Below, piece by piece: positions 43,249 through 51,337 of a stretch of DNA of 64,000 nucleotides (its first letter is position 1; every line of letters starts with the position of its first letter). The notes below the pieces were generated by a model. The model was not told the DNA's origin. It did not search any database and saw only the letters and a program-made list of their open reading frames with translations. The DNA lies in assembly GCA_963802945.1 (NCBI GenBank), contig CAWDKY010000032.1:64001-128000 (forward strand), given 5' to 3'. Origin of the DNA: an uncultured delta proteobacterium (GTDB lineage: Bacteria; Desulfobacterota; RBG-13-43-22). The translations under genes and the position numbers were made by a program.

Positions 43249-44100
43249 ATGACATCATGGGAGGAAACACCGCTTGGTAGGCTTACAAGCCATATGCATA
43301 ACCTTTTTGAAGAATACTTTAAGAAGCATCCCCAAAGAGACCACAGTCAGGACAATGCTCTCCTCGAGGTCCGCAATCTTGTTCTTCAATCTGTTGAAAT
43401 TTTTCTTAAAGAGTCCAGCATTCATAAGCAGTATGGCGTGCCGATTGACTCCTTAAGTCTAGTCTCTTTTGCTTCCGATGATGAACCCGTCAATCCTCAA
43501 AGTTCCTGGATACCCATTCCAGGCGGTGAGGATAAGAAACGTCCCGCCGGGATCACAAATGAGGAGTTTACAGAATTCTCTGACCGCCTTAGTAAGCTCT
43601 TTATCGATCACGGAATGTATACATCGGGTCTTTTCGTTAATGTGCTTAACCTTTTCCGCGACGCGTACTTAAGGCCTGCAGAGAACAGACCCTTCAGGCA
43701 AGGCACATACACAAGGCTTATATTCGGCAACATAGTTTACAATGAAACAATCAAACAACAGGCTGTACCCTGTGAGGTATGTGGAGAGAATAGGGTTGTC
43801 GATATTTGCCATATCATCCCGAGGAGAATCAAGGGCACACAGAAGATTGATAATGTTCTCTTCCTGTGTCCGTCTCATCACCGCCTTTTTGATGCCTGCA
43901 TGTTGACTAAAGAGGAGTGGGATAAAGTACTTTGGACCAGGAAGTCACGCAAGTCACAGATTTACGCTGAGAAGGTTCTTAAAGTGGCACATGGGAAATT
44001 CTGGGAAAAAGTAGAAGCTGCCAATTACCAGAAGCAAACAACTTGGGAAATAGGGCTTCATGATCTCTACAAGTCGAACGAGAAAGACATCGATGAATGA
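43249..44100 (+). CDS. HNH endonuclease domain protein
   Basis: CEVCG...CHIIPR...DNVLFLCPSHHRLFD; GGAGG RBS. Confidence 0.82.
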   Translation: MTSWEETPLGRLTSHMHNLFEEYFKKHPQRDHSQDNALLEVRNLVLQSVEIFLKESSIHKQYGVPIDSLSLVSFASDDEPVNPQSSWIPIPGGEDKKRPAGITNEEFTEFSDRLSKLFIDHGMYTSGLFVNVLNLFRDAYLRPAENRPFRQGTYTRLIFGNIVYNETIKQQAVPCEVCGENRVVDICHIIPRRIKGTQKIDNVLFLCPSHHRLFDACMLTKEEWDKVLWTRKSRKSQIYAEKVLKVAHGKFWEKVEAANYQKQTTWEIGLHDLYKSNEKDIDE

Positions 44101-44276
44101 TCTTGTCTATATCCCGATAAAAAGAATAAAGGGGACAAACAGGAAATCAAAATAATTAAGAAAGCAACGTATAATAAAAGCATTGTGCTGACAGGGGATA
44201 AGCCCGTTTTGTTTTTGCAAAAGCCGATTGACCCGTGCGGCTGATTCCCCTCGTTCGGCACAGAAGAAGACAGGCT

Positions 44277-45047
44277 ATGGAACCTAAGCTATCCACGATC
44301 AAGAGACTGTTCGCTCTTTCGGGCAATCAATGCGCATTCCAAGGATGCTCTGCTCCCATTGTTGAGGGTAGCGGCTCGATAACAGGTGTTGTGTGCCACA
44401 TCTGCGCACGAAGTCCTGGCGGACCTCGCTACTACCCCATGCAAACCGATGAGGATCGACACGGATTCGAGAATCTTGTCTTGATGTGTGCCCGACACAG
44501 CAAACTCATAGACAATGAGCCGGAGCGGTACTCACCAAAATTTTTGCGAGACATGAAGACCATGCACGAAAAAGGTGGGTCGATAGAATTGTCAGCATTA
44601 CAAGCTCATATGGCTACACTCCTTTGGGAAAACTACAAGTCAATTCACATCTCAGCTGGTGGCCATGTCATGGTCAACAGCCCAGGCGCAATACAAGCTG
44701 AAAAAGTCACTATCAAAACAAATCGAGCCAGCATCAGGCCTGCTCTTCGCGAAGGCACGATCGCTGCGGATCGCTCCAAACGAAATTACGTGAAACACCT
44801 CATCGACCAGTATAACAATTTTGCCTCAAAGCAACCGGGGCGGAAGTTTTCGTTCGTAGCGATTTATGCTGATATCAAGAAACGTTTCGGGGCGCATTGG
44901 GAAGAAAATGCTATTGAGAAATTTCCTGATATAGTGGCATACTTACAGCAACGAACTGACGGGACAAGGTTGGGAAGGATCAACCACGGAAAAGGCTATC
45001 CCAATTATTCGACATACGAAGAGTATAGGCGGAAATATCGGGAGTAA
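44277..45047 (+). CDS. Protein with N-terminal HNH-like domain
   Basis: KRLFALSGNQCAFQGC, CHICARSPGGPRY, ENLVLMCARHSKLID. Confidence 0.8.
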   Translation: MEPKLSTIKRLFALSGNQCAFQGCSAPIVEGSGSITGVVCHICARSPGGPRYYPMQTDEDRHGFENLVLMCARHSKLIDNEPERYSPKFLRDMKTMHEKGGSIELSALQAHMATLLWENYKSIHISAGGHVMVNSPGAIQAEKVTIKTNRASIRPALREGTIAADRSKRNYVKHLIDQYNNFASKQPGRKFSFVAIYADIKKRFGAHWEENAIEKFPDIVAYLQQRTDGTRLGRINHGKGYPNYSTYEEYRRKYRE

Positions 45048-45062
45048 TAAAGCGTAGAATAA

Positions 45063-45200
45063 GGTCAGGTTATTGGTCTCGATGTATTACTAAGACCTTA
45101 ATAAAAGATCCGTTTCTATTCTATTTATTTCAGAAGAGTTGGGTATGCTCAATAAAGGCCTGAAATGCGATTTGGCGTGTACGGATGTAAACAGGGACTT
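45063..45200 (+). repeat. Palindromic spacer R3 plus ~60-bp extension duplicated at 46008-46140
   Basis: ggtcaggttattggtctcgat...taataaaagatcc, then tatgctcaataaaggc...gatgtaaacaggg. Confidence 0.75.
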
Positions 45201-45355
45201 TATCCTTCCAAATGGCTTTGGGGACGCTGGTAAGAAAATAAATTATCAAAAGGAATATATGAGTTGTTTGCCGCATATCCCGAATGAGTTTCTTATTTAT
45301 TTATCAGCATCCCAATGTGTCTATAGATAGAAGCCGTTTTTTTAACAAACGGCAT

Positions 45356-45508
45356 TTATCCGTCATTTAGATTTTTCTTTTTGTCCTGCCCTTCAACCTG
45401 GCAGGAAGATTTAGACATTCAGCCCTGGATGCCGAATTTCGGAAAAACCCACCGATTCAGGGCATACCAACCGGCAATAATAATCAACAACCAGATAATT
45501 GTTTTCAT
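45356..45508 (-). CDS. 50-aa membrane peptide with in-frame UGA at codon 30 (candidate selenoprotein; not in ORF track)
   Basis: MKTIIWLLIIIAGWYALNRWVFPKFGIQG-U-MSKSSCQVEGQDKKKNLNDG*; hairpin UCCUGCC-AGGUUGAAG-GGCAGGA after UGA. Confidence 0.72.
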
Positions 45509-45549
45509 TTTCCATCCTTAATGAAACCTAAGAACTCACGGTTCTTAAA

Positions 45550-45768
45550 TTACGAAGCTCATGAAAATCCCGAAGAAGAGGGGCCGCAGGAAGAGGAAAA
45601 AGACGCCTCATTCCCCGACTGCTCCCCCGCCTTGGAAAACGCTGATAACAGTCGAATGACCTTTTCTCCTTTACAATAAGGGCATTGAACCGTTTTATCT
45701 TTTGAATTCAAGATTATTTTTTCAAAGGTTCGGGAACAATCAGAACATTGATATTCATAAATAGGCAT
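45550..45768 (-). CDS. FmdB-family zinc-ribbon protein, probable C-terminal Sec (…SCGPSSSGFS-U-AS*)
   Basis: MPIYEYQCSDC...CPYC; TGA GCT TCG TAA followed by hairpin UAAGAAC-CGUGA-GUUCUUA. Confidence 0.75.
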
Positions 45769-46007
45769 ATTCATCCTCCTTCCCGTTTTCGAAGAATATT
45801 TAATAAAATAATGATAAATCCCTTTTTGTCAAGGGTCGAATCATATTAAATGCTACCAAGATGGTAGTAAAATAGGGAACGTTGATTCATAATTACTGTT
45901 ACTGAGGGATGTAGATTCCATTCATCATAACTCTCAAGTTACTCCCTCCCCCTCCGTTCGTTTGAACAAGGGCTTGCCAATGGGATCAGGTCAAGAGTAA
46001 ATAACAG

Positions 46008-46140
46008 AATCAGGTCTTTTGTCTTGATCTTTTGCTAATACCAGAATAAAAGACCCTAATAGTTCACAACGGGAGAATTTGTTATGCTCAATAAAGGCTT
46101 AAAGTGCAATTTGGGGTGCACCGATGTAAACAGGGGCTTT
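46008..46140 (+). repeat. Palindromic spacer R4 plus duplicated extension
   Basis: tcaggtcttttgtcttgatcttttgctaataccagaataaaagaccc; tatgctcaataaaggc...gatgtaaacagggg. Confidence 0.75.
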
Positions 46141-46148
46141 ATAAACAA

Positions 46149-47186
46149 GGAGTCAGGGCTGCTCTTGATTCTTATTAATACTTTATGAAAAAGATTGGAA
46201 TATGTCCAGACCATTGAGAATAGAATACCCGGATGCCTGGTATTATGTCATGAATCGTGGGAGACCGAGAGAGGAAGTCTTCACCGGCCCAAAAGACTAC
46301 AGGCAATTTATTGAAGTCATAAATGAAACAGCGGGGATTTGGAAACTGCGGGTAGCGGCCTATGGTTTGATGCCCAATCATTATCACCTTTTAGTTCAGA
46401 CACCCCATGGCAACCTGTCCCGCTGTCTGCGCCACATCGATGGGGTGTATACCCAGAGATTCAATCGAGCCCACGGCACTAACGGGCCATTATTCCGGGG
46501 GCGCTACAAGTCGATTCTGGTCGAAGCCGACAGTTATTTGCTCCCTCTGGTAAGGTATATTCATCGGAATCCCTTGAGGGCCGGTTTGGCAAAAACAATG
46601 GCTAGGTATCCCTGGAGCAGTCACAAGGATTACTTGTCGAGTGCCGAAATGAACCGTTGGTTCAATAAAGCCTTTGTACTTTCCATGTTTTCTGGGAAAA
46701 AGCAAGAGAGGCTAAGGGATTATCGACGGTTTGTTTCCTTGAAAGATGAAGAGGAAATTATAGAGATTTTAGGGAGAAAGAAGTGGCCGTCGGTTTTAGG
46801 TTCGAGAGATTTTATCTATCGGATAAAAGAGAGGTTTTATTCGGGCCAGACAGATAATGAAGTACAACGGTCCAAGGCATTGGCTCCGAAGGTAAAGCAA
46901 ATCCAAGAAGCAATAGAAAAATTTTATAGGATCAGCAGGAAAGCTTTGATGTCTTCCCAACGGGGAGTTTTCAATGAACCGAGGAATATGGCCATTTATT
47001 TGACACGCCAGTTGAGAGGGGACAGTTTAAACCAGATCGGCCTGGATTTTCGTATGAACAATTACAGTTCGGCGAGCAGTGCAATTGAAAGAACCAAACG
47101 GTTGATGGCCGAGGACAGGAAGTTAAGAACAAAGGCAAAAAAACTCTTTTTTCAGTTGAGCAAGAGTCAAAAGCAGACTTGACTCC
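46149..47186 (+). mobile_element. RAYT-like element bounded by 25-bp inverted repeats
   Basis: GGAGTCAGGGCTGCTCTTGATTCTT vs reverse complement of right end GGAGTCAAGTCTGCTTTTGACTCTT (21/25). Confidence 0.75.
46202..47182 (+). CDS. HUH Y1 transposase (RAYT-like) with C-terminal DnaA-like HTH
   Basis: MSRPLRIEYP, LMPNHYHLL (HUH), YIHRNP, YPWSS; PRNMAIYL..SLNQIG. Confidence 0.9.
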   Translation: MSRPLRIEYPDAWYYVMNRGRPREEVFTGPKDYRQFIEVINETAGIWKLRVAAYGLMPNHYHLLVQTPHGNLSRCLRHIDGVYTQRFNRAHGTNGPLFRGRYKSILVEADSYLLPLVRYIHRNPLRAGLAKTMARYPWSSHKDYLSSAEMNRWFNKAFVLSMFSGKKQERLRDYRRFVSLKDEEEIIEILGRKKWPSVLGSRDFIYRIKERFYSGQTDNEVQRSKALAPKVKQIQEAIEKFYRISRKALMSSQRGVFNEPRNMAIYLTRQLRGDSLNQIGLDFRMNNYSSASSAIERTKRLMAEDRKLRTKAKKLFFQLSKSQKQT

Positions 47187-47311
47187 TACGCGGCCCCTCC
47201 CAGGGAAAAGGCCCGATGGGAGGCCATCGATTATTTTGTGAAAGTCAGGATTTAACTATACAGATATTGTCAACTTTGCTGGTGACTTTCTTCCTTGTTT
47301 ATTCCAGTCAA

Positions 47312-47540
47312 GTGTTTTTTATCTTTTAAGGCGTTATAGGTTTTGCCCTACCAGGCGGGTTCCCCATCGCTCTGTGACATCCTACCCAACCCTTGTAATT
47401 AGAAAGTCGTCTGAGAGACGCTTTTACCTTGCTCAATTGGAGTTAGGATGTTGACGGGGAGTCATGGACTCTGTACTGGGAGGTCGCTTAAGCGCCTCAA
47501 TGGAAGAAAACGATGATCTCCCCGCCTGTGTGCTCATCCC
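47312..47540 (-). ncRNA. Putative bridge/seek RNA downstream of the IS110 recombinase
   Basis: Structured ~230-nt non-coding region with segments matching the inferred target and donor. Confidence 0.6.
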
Positions 47541-48806
47541 TTAGGCAGCCTTTTTGAGCACTCTCCTTTCGGGGGCCTGGTATTGTCCCACATAGTCGTT
47601 GTCGTCCCGAACGATGGCATGGATGATCCCTAAGAGCTTCCTCGATACGGCAATCAGCGCCCTCATCCTGCCCATGCCCCTGTCGGTCAGTCTGATATAA
47701 TACTCATACAGGATTCCATTCTTTCTTATCGTTTGGATAGCCGCATAGAACAGGATTTTTCTCAGAAGGCTCCGGCCCTTCTTGGATATCCTTCTCTGCC
47801 CTTTTCTTTTCCCCGAACTGATCTCGTAGAGGTCAAGCCCCGCCAGCTTCAGGATTTCGGACTGGGAACTGAACTTCGAAAAATCTCCCACCTCGCCAAT
47901 GAGACCGGCCACTGATACTATTCCCAGGCCTTTGATCGACAACAACCTGGAGCTAAAGGGTATCCGTTCGAGGGTGGATTCCATCTCGGCTTCTATCTCG
48001 GCCATAAAGCGCTTTTCAGCTTCAAGCTGTAGGAGGATATGCCGGATGTCCCTGACGATACCGGCCAGACCCTCTTGGATACCTACCGTCCCTTGTGCCA
48101 GGGCAATCAGAGACTCCGCATCTTGAAAACCGAACTTGCCCCGGCTCCGTTTCCACATCTCTTCCCCCAGCGCCTTCTTGGATAAGCTGCCTATCCTTTC
48201 AGGAGTGGTATATCTTTTCAGGAGGTACTGAGCCGTCTTGCCCCGGATTTCCTTCAACACGGTTTTGAATTCAGGGAAGATAAGGTAGACGAGCTGCTGG
48301 AGTTGATTGAGCAGTGCGGTCCGCTCTCCCACGTGCCGTTCCCGGGCGTGGGTCAACATCCTCAGATAGGCCGCATCCCCCTCGGGGACAATGATGGTCA
48401 AAGCCCTTCCTAGTCGGATGATATCCGCGATCACCCTCGGGTCCTTATCGTCCGTCTTCAACGGAGAGTTGTCATTGACTTCCTTCATCTTCTTCGTGTG
48501 CATGGGGTTGACCTGGACCATTTTGACCTGTTTATCCGCAAGATAATGGACCAGGGGTTCAGCATAGGGGCCTGTAGATTCATAGCCAACGAGCACCTCA
48601 TCACATCCAAAACGGTTCTTACTCGCTATAGTCATACCCCAAAACTTTTCGAATCCTTCCCGGGTGTTGCCAAACCTGAAAGTCTTGGTGCTTCTCCCGT
48701 CCATGGTTGTGCAATACCCTGTGTTGCTGGCTAAGCCTATATCCACCGTGGCAATCAGCGTGCCTTCCTTCACCGTTTTTACCCTTTTCGCCCTCAGTTC
48801 TCTCAT
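47541..48806 (-). CDS. IS110-family recombinase/transposase
   Basis: VDIG, ESTGPY, KTDDKD (DEDD); SSGKRKG..ISKKG; AGGAGG RBS. Confidence 0.93.
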   Translation of the reverse strand: MRELRAKRVKTVKEGTLIATVDIGLASNTGYCTTMDGRSTKTFRFGNTREGFEKFWGMTIASKNRFGCDEVLVGYESTGPYAEPLVHYLADKQVKMVQVNPMHTKKMKEVNDNSPLKTDDKDPRVIADIIRLGRALTIIVPEGDAAYLRMLTHARERHVGERTALLNQLQQLVYLIFPEFKTVLKEIRGKTAQYLLKRYTTPERIGSLSKKALGEEMWKRSRGKFGFQDAESLIALAQGTVGIQEGLAGIVRDIRHILLQLEAEKRFMAEIEAEMESTLERIPFSSRLLSIKGLGIVSVAGLIGEVGDFSKFSSQSEILKLAGLDLYEISSGKRKGQRRISKKGRSLLRKILFYAAIQTIRKNGILYEYYIRLTDRGMGRMRALIAVSRKLLGIIHAIVRDDNDYVGQYQAPERRVLKKAA

Positions 48807-49011
48807 TGTCATCTCCTCCTTGTTTCCTAATCGGAATAAACAGCTCCAGAAAAGGAGGATATCCTTACTTCTTGTTCCCCTCAATCATGAACTACAATAT
48901 AGCAAGCTGAACTCGTGATTTTCTAAGATCCTCCTTCCATGCAACCTTCGATTAGTAATCAATAATTCTTGTATCAGCGGACAGTAAGAATATTTTTTCA
49001 AAAAATAAAGC

Positions 49012-49046
49012 TTGACAAGTGAAAGTAGATGTGTTAGCATGCTAAC
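49012..49046 (+). promoter_or_regulatory. Promoter with palindromic operator
   Basis: TTGACA-17-TAGCAT; perfect palindrome GTTAGCATGCTAAC (49033-49046) over the -10. Confidence 0.75.
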
Positions 49047-49065
49047 TAATAAGGAGGAAGTAAAT

Positions 49066-49498
49066 ATGCCACTTCTCGACCCATTCGAAAGCCTCGGCTT
49101 TCACTGCCATCTTACACTCAAGGCTTTCATCGGTACTCTACAGAGAAAGCTTAAGGGTACAGACGTGAGTCCAGCCCAGCTTGTAGCCCTTGCGCACCTT
49201 ATTGCCTTAGGACCGCTGTCCCAGTCCGAACTCGGTGACCGCCTTTTTATCACGCGGGCTACCGCTGTGCGGCTTGTGGACCGTATGGAGCGGGACGGGT
49301 GGGTAAATCGCCAGATTGATCCTAAGGATAGCCGTGTGAAACGTGTAGTGCCTACGAAGAAAGCGACCGAGGTGTGGGAGGAGGTGTCTTGGGCGGGTCG
49401 GGGAGCTCTTGGATCAGGCCTATCGTGGCGTCCACCCTGCTGAGATCGAGACCGTAAAGCGGGTACTGGAGCGAGTGCGGCGGAACCTAAAGGGATAA
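49066..49498 (+). CDS. MarR-family regulator (frameshift ~49400)
   Basis: SQSELG..ITRATAVRLVDRMERDGWV.R..D..DSR. Confidence 0.87.
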
Positions 49499-49612
49499 TT
49501 TTTTTGATAATATTGTTAGTATACAAACATTTTTCACTTTTGCTTTAACCGAAAACGCGATAAAGATTTCATTCATTTTGTAAAAAGACTACTTATCGGA
49601 GGAGGATAGTGT

Positions 49613-50014
49613 ATGAAAAAGAAAAACTCTGCCGAAGTTATACCCCGTGAAATGAAGAACGAAGGTATCAAAGGTGTTTTTGCCCGTTATCTCTGGTCAA
49701 CAGACGACGGCTGCAAGAATTTTGCCATGCGAGTATTTGAATTTGAAGCGGGTGGTTACACTTCTTATCATTCGCATCTCGAAGATCACGAATTTTATTT
49801 CCTTGAAGGCGAGCCTGCATATGTTGATGCTGATGGTAATGAAGTTCGTTTAGCCCCTGGCGATACAATTTATTGTCCTCCTAGAGAGCCGCACCAAATT
49901 AAGAATATGGGTAGGGCAAAAATGAGAATGATCTGCGTGATTCCGATTCTCGGGAGCGGCGATGGGAAGATGAGTACGGGTTATGTGAGGAGAGAGAAGC
50001 ACAAGGGAGAGTGA
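49613..50014 (+). CDS. Cupin-domain protein
   Basis: HSH..DHEFYFLEG, PHQIKN. Confidence 0.88.
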   Translation: MKKKNSAEVIPREMKNEGIKGVFARYLWSTDDGCKNFAMRVFEFEAGGYTSYHSHLEDHEFYFLEGEPAYVDADGNEVRLAPGDTIYCPPREPHQIKNMGRAKMRMICVIPILGSGDGKMSTGYVRREKHKGE

Positions 50015-50066
50015 TTATTTGATGTGGTAGAGGAATAAAACTTTTACCAGAAAGGGAGGTACTGTC

Positions 50067-50546
50067 ATGTTTGCCACGGCATTGTATGTTTTGACCGGCT
50101 TGCTGCTTTTTATCTCTTTTCGTAAAGACAGAAAAAAAACCATTCAGGGATTAAAAAAATCATGGAAGGCTTTTGAAAATATCTTACCCCTGTTCCTTTC
50201 GATCATCATGATTATCGGGCTGGGGCTTGCCCTCTTAAGCCCCCAGGTAATATCAAAGTGGATGGGCGAAAAATCCGCCTGGCTTGGAATAGCGGCTGCG
50301 GCCTTTATCGGCTCGGTGACTCTGATACCGGGTTGGATTACCTTTCCTTTAGCCGCTGTCTTATTAAAGAGTGGAGCAGGCTTAATCCAGATAACCGTGT
50401 TTGTGTCCACTTCCATGATGGTTGGAGTTGTCACCATGCCTGCGGAAATAAGATATCTTGGACGAAAAGTCGCTGTTTTTAGAAATACCCTAGCCCTTGT
50501 TTTTTCCTTCATCGTATCCTTGATTATGTGGGAGGTGCTAAAATGA
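50067..50546 (+). CDS. Predicted permease, first of a pair (DUF318-like)
   Basis: Hydrophobic; GSVTLIPG..FPLA. Confidence 0.78.
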   Translation: MFATALYVLTGLLLFISFRKDRKKTIQGLKKSWKAFENILPLFLSIIMIIGLGLALLSPQVISKWMGEKSAWLGIAAAAFIGSVTLIPGWITFPLAAVLLKSGAGLIQITVFVSTSMMVGVVTMPAEIRYLGRKVAVFRNTLALVFSFIVSLIMWEVLK

Positions 50547-51079
50547 TAAACTTGTTTAAAAGATATAGATTTTTTTTGGCAATGGTTTTAATTAATCTGA
50601 TTTTGTTGTGGTTAAACTTGGAAGCAGGATTAAGATCCTTCAAAATATCAGCCGACAACATGCTTCAAGTCTTTCTTATCATCCCGCCTATTTTTATTCT
50701 GCTCGGCCTGTTGGATATTTGGGTGAAGAGAGAAACCATGATCAAATTGATGGGAGAAAGCTCAGGTTTACTCGGAATAACCATTGCTTTCTTACTGGGG
50801 TCTTTTGCTGCCGGTCCCCTTTATGCGGCTTTCCCTGTTGCAGGTGTTTTGTTAAATAAGGGAAGCAGGTTTTCTAACATAATCATTTTTATAGGCGCCT
50901 GGTCGACTACCAAAATCCCTATGTTATTATTTGAAACATCAACCATGGGTTGGAGGTTCATGCTGATAAGATTTATTCTGGACATCTTTGGGATCACAGC
51001 CATTGCCTATCTCACCGAAAAGATAATGACCACCCAGGAGAAAGAGATTATTTATCAAAATGCCAATATGCTTGCGTGA
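50543..51079 (+). CDS. Predicted permease, second of the pair
   Basis: AGPLYAAFPVA, GAWSTTKIPM; ATGA overlap. Confidence 0.78.
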   Translation: MINLFKRYRFFLAMVLINLILLWLNLEAGLRSFKISADNMLQVFLIIPPIFILLGLLDIWVKRETMIKLMGESSGLLGITIAFLLGSFAAGPLYAAFPVAGVLLNKGSRFSNIIIFIGAWSTTKIPMLLFETSTMGWRFMLIRFILDIFGITAIAYLTEKIMTTQEKEIIYQNANMLA

Positions 51080-51080
51080 T

Positions 51081-51256
51081 TAAAAACATATTCTATCGAG
51101 ATATTGACCATCTTTTCCTCCTCCGGTGCGGACAATGATTGGGGACCTTTCCAGCACTGAACGTGTTCTAAAGGGGTTGCATATTGGTTTAACAGTGTTT
51201 GTTTGATTAAGTATCTTTGCGAACAAATCATTCCTTCACCACCCCACTCACTTTCA
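51081..51256 (+). repeat. 176-bp direct repeat, copy 1
   Basis: One mismatch seen versus 55976-56151. Confidence 0.92.
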
Positions 51257-51337
51257 GAGGTGATGTTGTGAGAAGGAGAACATTTAATCATTTAGTAAAA
51301 GGGATTCAGAGTTTAACTTTGTGGGAGGTCAGAGTCT

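Larger units (their letters stand above)
47294..48908 (-). mobile_element. IS110-family element
   Basis: CT core at both inferred ends; joined ends form TTGACT-17-TATATT. Confidence 0.75.

Noticed and set aside
42645-46060. CRISPR array
   Set aside because: Repeats are degenerate, ~52 bp, separated by whole genes, and no cas genes are present.
49436-49446. PPC-TGA at the end of the marR ORF as a Sec motif
   Set aside because: It lies in the out-of-frame tail after a frameshift; the true C-terminus is in another frame.
50540-50550. Sec read-through fusing the two permeases
   Set aside because: Ordinary ATGA stop/start overlap in different frames.
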